A DNA stretch of 64,000 bases from Eledone cirrhosa (taxonomy: Eukaryota): assembly GCA_964016885.1 (NCBI GenBank), contig OZ024747.1, positions 90,334,001 through 90,398,000 of the forward strand, read 5' to 3'. The translations under genes were made by a program, and so were the position numbers. Under the pieces are notes generated by a model. The model was not told the origin of the DNA. It searched no databases and worked only from the letters and a program-made list of their open reading frames with translations. This document shows positions 26,881 through 37,837 of the stretch, in pieces (position 1 is the first letter of the stretch; the number at the start of each line of letters is the position of its first letter).

Positions 26881-27090
26881 TAAGTATCGGAGGCCTCAGA
26901 TACAACCACCCTTAATTGAGTATCGGAGGCCTCAGATACAACCACCCTTAATTGAGTATCGGAGGCCTCAGATACAACCACCCTTAATTGAGTATCAGAG
27001 GCCTCAGATATAACCACCCTTAATTGAGTATCGGAGGCCTCAGATATAACCACCCTTAATTGAGTATCGGAGGCCTCAGATACAACCACC
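26881..27090. repeat. 36-bp minisatellite (~6 units)
   Basis: Tandem GAGTATCGGAGGCCTCAGATACAACCACCCTTAATT. Confidence 0.95.
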
Positions 27091-27210
27091 ATTCATCTCC
27101 TCACACTGAACCACTCATTGTCTTCATGCTCACTATGGGATAAATAGGACTTGAAGGCCCTGAATTCTCTTCCATGCCTATTTACTATTGGGATTGACTC
27201 CCTTAGCATT

Positions 27211-27494
27211 CACACCGGATTTAATAGGGTGCAAAGGGAGCAATTATTCTGGGACCCTCTGCAGTGGGGGCCCCACCATCAACGGATATAGCAATTTATT
27301 TGAGCCCTCAGCTGGGCTTTTTAGTTTTAGGATATATAGAATGTTTCTAATCTAATACCTGTATGTATAACTTTTAAATTCCAATTACTTGCACCAAGCT
27401 AACTTTGATATGTAAAGTTGGGCGGGGGGTGGGGGTTGCTGTTTATTCTAATGTTTTGTGTATGAGGGGCCCCTAAGGTCTAAATCCAATCCTG
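27211..27494. mobile_element. Possible old hAT-like MITE
   Basis: CCGGATTTA ... TAAATCCAATCCTG termini with subterminal GGGGCCCC motifs. Confidence 0.45.
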
Positions 27495-27931
27495 CACTCA
27501 TAGTCAGTGAAGGTTTATGCTCAGAGTTGTCCTTCTGATCCGGCAATGGGCTACCACCAGATAATTCAGAGACTCAAGCCGTGAAGAATAAATCTTAAAT
27601 CATTCTTTTCTCTTCCTCCTCCTCAAGTTAGTGATTAGTGTTCCTTTTGAACAACCTCATAATTTTAAGAAGCTAATTTGGTATCACTAACTCCAAATGG
27701 AAAGGCCTGTATGTAGTCACTCAACCTGCTAAAAACAGCAGCTAAATGCATCTTCCTCATATCACACCTTACATTCTTAAGAAAAGGGAAAAATATATGA
27801 ATAATATAATCACTGATATACAAAAAGACAAGATCATTGCTAGAATGCTTTTTATTATAGCTTAACCCTACTATGATTCTAAAATTTCTATTTTCAAGCT
27901 TGCTTGCTGTTTCAAAGTTTCAAAATAAACT

Positions 27932-27964
<33 letters not shown>

Positions 27965-27965
27965 T

Positions 27966-27996
<31 letters not shown>

Positions 27997-29607
27997 ATTT
28001 TTTTTTGTGTGTGTGTTTGCATGTGTAGTTTTATTTTATTTTTCCTTTCCTTCTTCCTTCTCCAGCCTCACTTTCATATAGATTGCATTTTTGTTTTTAA
28101 AATCCAAATTCAATAAACAGACCAGGATTTTTTCATTCTGAGGATTGAAAGCAAAATCTTTTGCTTTTAAGAAACCACTGGTAAATGGAATAATTGCCTT
28201 ATGTTGTTTATTACATAACTATATATATATAATATATATACACACATGTACATGCAAATATATATATTGGTTGAGTTGAGTAAGAAAGTGCTATTTTTTG
28301 TTTCCTTGTTATTTGTTCACTGAAAACTTTATGCAATCTGCTAATTTCTGTTAATTGTTTTCATGTTGACTCAGAATAAACTTTTTCTTCTCATAAAATT
28401 TACTTTAAAAAATATTTTTAAAAATAAAACAACCTTATTAGCAGCAGGAACTAGATAACAATTTTTATACATCAGACATAATACATACAATTTTTTATAT
28501 TTTATTTCAAATTCAAACGAAAAAAAAGTTTTTTAAATTGTTAAAAATGGTAAAAATTCATAGTTATCAACAGATTTACTAAAGAAGTTCTAAATATCAA
28601 ATCTAATGATTGAAATTGTCTAGCAATAGCAAGATTTTGAGGTATTTTGTCATAGGTATTAGCTTTTGTTATATATGTAATTCCAGCTGAGGTTATTGTG
28701 TAACTCTTACTTTTATTTAGCAAGCTGTTGTTGTAGACTTTTAAAGAAGTGTTGTCACACCAATCAAATCGTTGACTAATTATTCCTTTCAATAGTTTTA
28801 GACTACAACAGTCAGGTCTTAAGACTGGAGACAAGCTTTTCTCTTTGCTTTCTTTTCAATTTGTAATAAATTGTCTCAAAGTAATATTCAAGAGGAAGAA
28901 ATGATTTTTAGATTTGTTGAAAAAAATATATATATAAACAAAAAAAATGTAAGTAAATAGAAATAATTTTCTTAGCTGTTTATTTATTTATTTAGTTAGT
29001 TATTTTTCAAAAAATAAATATAATAACATAAATATATTCTCCCAATGTGTCTTCATTAGGTTGCTTTATTGACTGAAAAAAAATGCCAATCTTTGGAAGT
29101 CTATATACAAATTGTATTTATAAAGATGTTTTTATTAAATAGCAAAATGTGAGACTAAAAACTGCTCAAGATGAGAATATTGGAAGTCTTGATTGAATAT
29201 TTCTTTGTTAAATATGAAGATTAATATAAAGAATTCAACAATGAGTTGTTAGTTCTCAATACTTTGCGTTTTTCTATAGTTTTTCAATATTTTTTCATCA
29301 TTTTATCTATTATCCGTTGTGTTTTTTGAGTATATGTCTCTGTTTAACTTTCAATCCATAAAGGTTTTTGCAGTAAACAAACATTACATGGATAGCAAGA
29401 AACTTAATGACACTATTTCAAAGGGTCTTGCTTCATGTTATTCCTTCCAGAGTCATTTCTTGTTGTTTTACTATGTTTCTTTAAACTTCTCTGCGTGATG
29501 AAGTTTCAAGTTGCCATCAGTAACTTTTCTGCAAGAATTTTTCTCTTGATATTCATTTCTCTATCGTTATTAGTAATTTTATTATTATTTTTTATCATTA
29601 TGATTGA

Positions 29608-29826
29608 GGACAGTGGATTGGCAGAGCCAGTAGAGCATTGAGCAAATTGTTTTGCTGCATTTGTCCCAACACTTTACACCCTGAGTTCAAATCCTGCTGA
29701 AGTCAATTTTGCCTTTCATCCTTCTCAGGTTGATAAAATAAAGAACCAGTCATGCACTAGGGTTGATATAATTAACTTTCCCCTTGAACCAAATTGCTAG
29801 CTTTGTGCCTATGTTAGAAATCATTA
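29608..29826 (+). mobile_element. tRNA-derived SINE copy (older, long-tail subfamily)
   Basis: GTGGATTGGCAGAG head, GAGTTCAAATCC and the central domain. Confidence 0.75.
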
Positions 29827-29897
29827 TCATTGTTATGATTATTGTTATAATTTTAATATAAATTTTATTATTACTATCATTATTGTTATTATTATTA

Positions 29898-30063
29898 GAG
29901 TTACAGCCCTTTACATTCTGAGTTCAAATCCCACTGAGGTTAGCTTTACATTTCATTCTTACAGGGTTGATGAAATAAAATACCAGTAATGTACTGGGGT
30001 CGATTTGATCGACTTTCCCTTTCCCCCAAAATTGTTGACCTTGTGTCTAAATCAGAAACCATT
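29898..30063 (+). mobile_element. tRNA-derived SINE copy (5'-truncated)
   Basis: GAGTTCAAATCCCACTGAGG plus the central domain. Confidence 0.75.
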
Positions 30064-30400
30064 ATACTTATCATTGGTGTTATTGTTATCATTGTTGTTG
30101 TTTACTATGAATGGTGACATGTTACAGAACTCCATATAGATAATATTTGCTTCCAGAGCTCTCATATGAAAAATATTTTTTCCCATTCTTTTTACTACCA
30201 AAACAGAACATTTTAACATTTACTACATTCAATGAAGTGGAGGAAAGGTTTATTTCTAGATATTTCAAAAATGTTTATATATTTTGACAAATAACCATTG
30301 CTATAGTTACATGGTGGTTTCTATAAATAAAAAAAATGTCCAACTCCCTTCAAGTGCTTGTACTTTACCATAAAGGTCAATCATAGCTCAGCTCACTTAA

Positions 30401-30623
30401 CTCTTTAGCATTTAAACCAGCTGTATCAGGCCAGAATTCTCTCACTTCTTTCTATTCAAACTGGCCCTAACTGGCAACTTATACTGATGTTAAGGTGTTG
30501 TTCACAAAATAAATAACAGCAAAATCTCATAGCTTTGATATTATATGAGATAATTATGTGAGGTAAAGCTTTTGCCACAAAAATACAATAATAAATATAT
30601 AGAGTAATGTAAATGCTAAAGGG
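30401..30623. mobile_element. TTAA-specific MITE, same family
   Basis: TTAA|CTCTTTAGCATTT ... AAATGCTAAAGGG|TTAA. The internal sequence matches 34706-34925. Confidence 0.85.
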
Positions 30624-30952
30624 TTAATGCTGATTCTAAAAGAGTTATTCAAATACTGTACTAATTGAGGAATTCTAAGACCACAGCTAAGAAATCTCAG
30701 ATAACAGATAAATACCATGTCAGCATTCTAGCAACAGCTAAAGGATTATGCCCCAGAGGTTGTGGGGCCCTTAACAGCTTGGCCAAGTCTGATGTTACTC
30801 AAATACGATTTTGGAGAAGCCAGTGTGATGAAGACATCAGAACAGGTGGTGTTATGATTGATGAGGTAACTTGACCCTACTAAGGCAGTAGCCAACATGA
30901 CTGCTTTACAGTGCGGGCTGGGTGCTTTTTTTGTCACAACTCCTACACCAAT

Positions 30953-31145
30953 CATCATCATCGTCATTTTACGTCCGCTTTTCCCTGCTTGCAAGAGTGG
31001 GACGGATCCTATTCAGCACAGCATCTCTCCACTTGTCACGGTCCTTCGTCATCTCCTCCGTGAGCTTCAACAATCTGAGGTCTGCTCTCACCACCTCCGC
31101 CCATGTTTTTCATGGTCTTCCTCTGCTGCATCTTCCTTCTACATC
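30953..31145 (-). mobile_element. 3' end of an RTE-type LINE with (GAT)n tail
   Basis: The reverse complement encodes GRP*KTWAEVVRADLR. Its tail CTTGCAAGCAGGGAAAAGCGGACGTAAAATGA matches 5270-5300. Confidence 0.65.
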
Positions 31146-31666
31146 CGATAATTTAGTTACAACTCTTCAAATTCCATTGAGGTCAAGTTTGCTTTTTATC
31201 ATTCTAGAGATCAATAAAACAAAATATCTGTCACGTACTGGGGTCAACATAATACACTCTTTTACTTTCTACCCCTCAAATTTATAACCCTGTGCCTCTG
31301 CTAGAAATTATTGTTATTATCATAAACACAGTTGTTATTTTTATTATTGTTATTATTTCTAAGTGGGATTTTGTTAATATTTTCTATCAGCTTTTTTTAT
31401 TTAAACTTTACTTATCTTTTATTTCCTCTTGCATTCATTTCTTTTTCTTTTCCAGTAATGTTGGCTAGAAGAGTATTGTTAAAGCTGCTCAGCAAGTTTG
31501 CATTCTCCACTTGGCAATTATCAAGGAGAGAGAAGGAAAATGGATAAAGTAAAAAAAAATAATAATAACTATATGAAAATACAAACTACAGAAGAAAAAA
31601 AAACACAAAAAAAAACAACTTTGTGAAGTGGTAGTCAAAGTTTTGCTTCAAATCTTGGATTAACTT

Positions 31667-32135
31667 TGCAAGTGGTGGCAGTGGTAGGGATAATGGTGGC
31701 AGTAGTAGTAGTGGTAGATGGTGGTAGTAGTGGTAGAGATGGTGGTGGTGGTAGTGGTGGAGATGGTGGTGGTAGTGGTGGAGATGGTGGTGGTAGTGGT
31801 GTTGATAGTGGATTTGGTAGTGGTGATGGTTGCAAGTGGTGGCAGTGGTAGAGATGGTGATGGTAGTGGTAGGTTTGGTAGTGGTGATGGGTGCAAGTGG
31901 TGGCAGTGGTAGAGATGGTGGTGGTAGTGGTAGGTTTGCTAGTGGTGATGGGTGCAAGTGGTGGTAGTGGTAGAGATGGTGGTGGTAGTGGTAGGTTTGG
32001 TAGTGGTGATGGGTGCAAGTGGTGGCAGTGGTAGAGATGGTGGTGGTAGTGGTAGGTTTGGTAGTAGTGATGGGTGCAAGTGGTGGGGGTGGTGGTGGTA
32101 GCGTTGGTGGTGGTAGCGTTGGTGGTGGTAGCATT
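31667..32135. repeat. (GGT)-rich compound repeat with 61-bp period
   Basis: GCAAGTGGTGG recurs at 31832, 31893 and onward at 61-bp steps. Confidence 0.9.
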
Positions 32136-32399
32136 GATGGTGGATTCCATAGTGGTGATGGTTGGCTGACTAGTGGTAGAAGTTATAGTAGTAGTAATAA
32201 CAGCAGTAGTAATAGTAGAAGTAGTAGCAACAGCAGCAGTCTTAAATGTTATTGTTGTTGTTGTTGCAGGTCTTTATTAGCTCTTTCTTTCTTCAAGTAT
32301 GCTTTCTCTTCATTCTTCATATTTCTATGGTCTATATATGTATCTATGTTCAGTTATTTAACTAAGATTCCTGGGGTCGTGCTGGTTGGCTACTCTCTA

Positions 32400-32945
32400 C
32401 CACCATCATCATCATCATCATCACCCTCATCATCATCATTATCATCATCACAGTCATCACTACTATCATCATCATTACCATCATCATCACTACTATCATC
32501 ATCATCACCATCATCATCACAGTCATCACTACTATCATCATTACCATCATCATCACTACTATCATCATCATCATCACCATCACCACTACCATCATTAACA
32601 TTAGTGTCATCATCAACATCACCATCACCACCATCATCATCATCACCATCATCACCGTCACCAGTACTATCATCATCATCATACATACATACATGCAGAT
32701 ATGCATGTACAGACAACAACAAAATAACAGAAATAGTGTTAGGGATAACAACATCATCAGCAGCAACAGCAGCAACAGCAACAACAGCAACAACAGCAAC
32801 AACAGCAACAGCAATAACAACATCAGCAGCAACAGCAATAGCAGATACAGCAACAGCAACAATAACAGAAACAGCAACAGCAACAACAACTTCTGCTATT
32901 ACAACCACAGTAAAAACAATAACATAACAACAACAACAATAACAA
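32400..32945. repeat. (CAT)n and (CAA/CAG)n trinucleotide tracts
   Basis: Direct reading. Confidence 0.9.
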
Positions 32946-34153
32946 TGGTAAGTTAAGCAAAAGGAATGAAACAATATCAATAATTAGGAAGAATTTTGTA
33001 AAAATCAATGAGTAACTTATTTTAATTAGACGAAAACTTGTGATGCTTCTCAGATAGTTTGAGTGCACTTGAAAACAATCAGGAATTTTTGTGACAAGCA
33101 CAGAGAAATGGAGCATAAGAACAAAGCAGTGAAAAGCAAATATATGAAATAATAAATCTCAAGTGTTATATTGGTGAAGAAAAACCACTGAAGACAAGAC
33201 TTTTCTTCTAGAACAATAGAATAATATAGCATGAATATATTTCATATATGTTCTGTTAGAGATTTTAATTAATAAACAAAATAAAGATTTATTTTTAAAA
33301 AAATTCTAAGTATCTCTCAATAATGAATCACTGCTTACCATCAACTTTAACTACAGCAATAATAACAACAACAATGAAAGTGAGAGAACCAGCAATCCTT
33401 TTATAACGACATTAGACCTCAAAATACAATTGAAAACTATTACAATTGTTACAAGTATTATACAACACAGTAGTAACTGCGATACTGACCTCACTGTATC
33501 ACTATATTACACACTGATGTACCTAGATGAAATAATATCGCCCACATATGCCAATAATAAGAGTTTGCATTAGATATTTCTGCAGTAGCAGCTGCTGTAG
33601 TAGCCATTACTACAAACTACACAAATATAACAGAATCATAAAACACTACTTAATGCATCTTTTATCTAAACTATGATTTAATGTTCTTAAAACAAAATCT
33701 AAATCAAGCTTCATAACCTTCCTTCATATCATTCTCTCTCTTATCCATTCAATATGACTTCTGACCTCTTCACTTCAGCAGTAAAGTACACTTTAACTTA
33801 TTTCAACAGAATATCAAGGAATAAAAAAAAAAAAAAAGTAATTTCATTTACCATGGAAACCAAAATTGACATGAACAGAAAAAAGAAAACAAAAAAAAAA
33901 AAAGGCATCAAAGAAAACTCATAGGGATTTCTTTTTATAAGTTATCATTGTTGTTGTTATCATTTAATCTCAGGTCAACATTGATTGACAAAGATTATGA
34001 TAATAAATATCCCAGCCATGACCATCTTATATTGTTAGGACGACTTTGTCCAAGTCTCTCTACAACTGCATTATCCAATTTGACCTCTTTAGTTTTAGAT
34101 AAAATCTATCACCAAGTTTAGCTCAGCTACCTGTTTCTTAGATGCATTTAGTA

Positions 34154-34491
34154 CAGAAGTTCTCAAACTTTTTGGACCGCCCCACCCCCTCTTGACCATG
34201 TAATACCCTTAGCATCCCTCACCCCTATTTCCTGAGAGATCTGCCTAGACGCAAATTCTAAATAATATATAATAAATAATATAGTATATACTATGTATAA
34301 ATAAATATTATATATGTTTTTATTTTATTATATTTATATATAATATATATCATTTGATATTTAATATACTATTATATCATCTCTACCTCCCTGCCCCAGC
34401 ATCCCGTTAGGCCCCAGCACCCACTGGACCTTCTTTTGGTTTCCATGGTAAATGAAAATAATTTTTTTTTTCACTCCTTTCAGAACCTCTG
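34154..34491. mobile_element. hAT-type MITE
   Basis: Termini CAGAAGTTCTCAAA / TTTCAGAACCTCTG, with an 8-bp TSD ATTTAGTA / ATTTAGTG. Confidence 0.7.
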
Positions 34492-34705
34492 ATTTAGTGT
34501 ATTCCACTCTGTTGCCACATCTCTGATCTAAGGATATCATCCTGCCAACTGGGAAACCATGGGAAAGATCATAGATGCTGTGCTTTCTCCTCAGTCTGCG
34601 TCATTAAAAAATAATCTGTAAGGGAAAATTTGACTATTATTTCTAGCAGACCAGACAAGCATGTAAAAGTAGAAACTCTGTTATTGGTTCAGTCTGTAGG
34701 TTTAA

Positions 34706-34925
34706 CCCTTTAGCATTTAAACCAGTCATATCTGGCCAGAATTCTCTCACTTCTTTCTTTTCAAATCGGCTGTAACTGGTCACTCATACTGATGTTAAAG
34801 TATTGCTCTCAAATAAATAACATCAAAGTCTCATAGATTCGATATTATGTGAGATAATTATGTCAGATAAAACCTTTGCCACAAAAATACAATAGTATAT
34901 ATAGAGTAATGTGAATGCTAAAGGG
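34706..34925. mobile_element. ~220-bp TTAA-specific (piggyBac-like) MITE
   Basis: TTAA|CCCTTTAGCATT ... AATGCTAAAGGG|TTAA termini. Confidence 0.85.
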
Positions 34926-35806
34926 TTAACAGACTGGGGACATTGTAGTGGTTAGTGCCGTTCTGTTGTAACAGCTTTATGTTAATAACTGCAAGAAAAA
35001 TTGTAATGACTTGGGAAGAAATTCAAGAGGGAGGATTCAGTTCTGGAAAAGAATGGATCAAAGTATTTAATGGATGGTTGAAGAGGGACTTTAAATGTTG
35101 AGTAGTATGTCATGCATGGGAAGGATTCTGTTATTGGCTAAAACCTGGAAATTTGTCAGTGTCAGCATAATGATCAATAGGGATTTTGAAACTGGTTTCA
35201 ACCACTAAGCTATGGCCATGCTGGGGCACCACCTTGAAGGGCTTTTCTTGTTCATCGTATCAATGCTAGTACATGTTTTCTTTTTGTTTTGTTTTGTTTT
35301 TGTTTTTTAAAGTGTGGTACTTATTTTATCAAACTACTAAGTTATGGGACATTTGAACAGAAGGAGGTGAGAGAATTCTGGCTGAATACAACCAGTTAAA
35401 ATTATAAAGGGTTAAGCAAAATAAAAGAAAAGACTGGTGTTCAATTAACCAGTGAATGATTAGGAGGAACTGGTAAATAGAAGGATCAGACAAAAGCTGC
35501 AATATTAAGGAAGCTCTTTAAGTATAGAGGCACCTCAAAATTTATAAAAGTTAGAATGACTGAATTATTTGGCCAGTAGTAGTAACATGTAAAATATTCT
35601 TATTTACAAGCACTCACATATACAAATATATATGTAAACACAAGTACTTTTGCTAAATTTCTCCAGATGCTGAAAGATCACAGATATATGTAGCAGGAAG
35701 CAATTCACTTGTAGATATGATTAGAGAAAACCATATTGTGGTTATCAAAGCAGATATTAGAATGTTTCATTCATGTAAAATTGACTCTGTTTCTTACAAA
35801 AAGTAA

Positions 35807-35993
35807 ATAATTGTTTCTACTTTTGGTACAAGGCCAGCAATTACCCAGTACATTACTGGTACTTTATTTTATCGACCACATAAGGATGAAAGGCAAAGTT
35901 AACCTCAGCGGGATTTGAACTCAGAATGGCAAGGGCCGTAACTCTATGCATCAAAGCATGGCATCTGACCCTCTACTGATACTGCCAATCCAC
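35807..35993 (-). mobile_element. tRNA-derived SINE copy
   Basis: Reverse complement of the 25691 family. Confidence 0.85.
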
Positions 35994-36119
35994 AGTAAAT
36001 AATGTTGCTAATTGGAGTCAGAAGATAGACAATTATATTTCTCTAATGCTAACAAGTGGTTAGAATATATGTAAACAAATGTATCTCAAATATTGAGTTT
36101 GAAGCACAAGTGTATTAGA

Positions 36120-36376
36120 ATTCATAGAGTAATTGGAAGGGGGATCTGTGGTTCCGACAATTTATAAGGTGGTCTTAAAGCTGATCAGAAAATTTAATGT
36201 TTGTGAGATCCCCTTCTTATCTATTTTATCCCTTTCTCATTTCTTCCTATCACTTCTATGAGCCAACACACTTCTAGCCACTGATTTGAGGTAAATTTTA
36301 TCCAACGCCACTATTGACAGCATTTTGTTGTTTTAAAAGCTTCCTTGGGCTGACTTCTTCCAATTACTCTATGAAT
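36120..36376. mobile_element. Unclassified MITE-like element with 20-bp terminal inverted repeats
   Basis: ATTCATAGAGTAATTGGAAG / CTTCCAATTACTCTATGAAT form a perfect inverted pair. Confidence 0.45.
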
Positions 36377-36509
36377 ATTAGGGTATATGTTTGAAGTTCT
36401 TTTATATGTATTGAAATTATTTGATATACTGTACAGTATATCAAATCTATATGGAATGAATAAGCTTGTGGAAATTTTGCGCATTAATATATTTTAAGTA
36501 GGGTAGGAA

Positions 36510-36697
36510 ATAATGATTTCTAGTATAGGCACAAGGCCAGTAATTTTAAGGAGGGGAAAGTCGATTAAATTGACCCCAGTACATTACTGGTACTTTATTT
36601 TATCGACCCCCGTAAGGATGAAAGGCAAATTAACCTCGGCGGGAGTTGAACTCCGACCATAAAGGGCGTCAGACCCTCTACCGATACTGCCAATCCA
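36510..36697 (-). mobile_element. tRNA-derived SINE copy with internal deletion
   Basis: Reverse complement of the same family. The head is shortened between the A and B boxes. Confidence 0.8.
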
Positions 36698-37010
36698 TAG
36701 AGTAGAAATAATAATATAAAACTAGACTTTTGAATAAAGCATTAGACTTTTAGTAATATTTGTAAAAATTGTTTGAACATTCTAACAATTTCTATGCAGA
36801 CAACATTCTAGTTTTGTTGGTGTCATGAGTTACTTTAACCAATCAGAAATGTTAGCTCTCTGACTTATAGTCAGTGAGTAATCTTTTGTTAGTTTAACAA
36901 ACTTTGTCAGCATTATATAAATGCAAAATATTTTTTTTATTTTTTAAATAGCTGAAGTAAGCAACAAATGAAAATGAAAAGAGATAATGAAATTTTTCTA
37001 CTGGACATGA

Positions 37011-37220
37011 TCTTCTTCTTCTTCTTCTTCTTCTTCTTCTTCTTCTTCTTCATTTTGTTTTTGTATTTGTTTTTGTTTTTGTTTTTCTTTTCCTTTTTCT
37101 TTTTCTTTTTCTTTTTCTTTTTCTTTTTCTTTTTCTTCTCTTCCTGCTCTTCCTTGTTCTTTTTCTTCTTCTCTTTCTCCTCCTCCTCCTCCTCACCCTT
37201 CTTCTTCTTCTTCTTCTTCT
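37011..37220. repeat. (TTC)n / polypyrimidine tract abutting the satellite
   Basis: Direct reading. Confidence 0.95.
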
Positions 37221-37603
37221 TCCTTATCTCACCTCTATCTCTGTAAACACACTATGTCTCCCTTTCCTTATCTCACCTCTATCTCTGTAAACACAATATG
37301 TCTCCCTTTCCTTATCTCACCCCTATCTTTATAAACACACTATGTCTCCCTTTCCTTATGTCACCTCTATCTCTGTAAACACACTATGTCTCCCTTTCCT
37401 TATCTCACCTCTATCTTTATAAACACATTATGTCTCTCTTTCCTTATCTCACCTCTATCTTTATAAACACACTATGTCTCCCTTTCCTTATCTCACCTCT
37501 ATCTCTGTAAACACACTATGTCTCCCTTTCCTTATCTCACCTCTATTTTTATAAATACACTATGTCTCCCTTTCCTTATCTCACCTCTATCTTTATAAAC
37601 ACA
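37219..37603. repeat. 44-bp satellite, left remnant (~9 units) upstream of the Tx1 insertion
   Basis: Tandem TATGTCTCCCTTTCCTTATCTCACCTCTATCTCTGTAAACACAC units starting directly from a (TTC)n tract. Confidence 0.97.
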
Positions 37604-37837
37604 ATAATCTAGCTGTCGTCTGTTCTACAGTGTGGATGTCATTCACTTCGCACAGAAGTTTTGTTCAAATTTATTGAGGAAATTTTGTGAGTTCAAACTT
37701 AATTTTGATACAATTGTGTAGCTTGACCCTCCGTCTGAACTGTCAGGCGGTGGGTCAGCTCAACTTTACCCCTCCTAGAGGTGAAAAACCTGTTTTAAAA
37801 AAAATTTTGTGTAAAAAATTTCAATCGTCTAACAGAA

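Noticed and set aside
31586-33116. Poly-Pro/His/Ser/Asp ORFs on both strands
   Set aside because: Trinucleotide and 61-bp repeats are open in several frames, with no domain signal.
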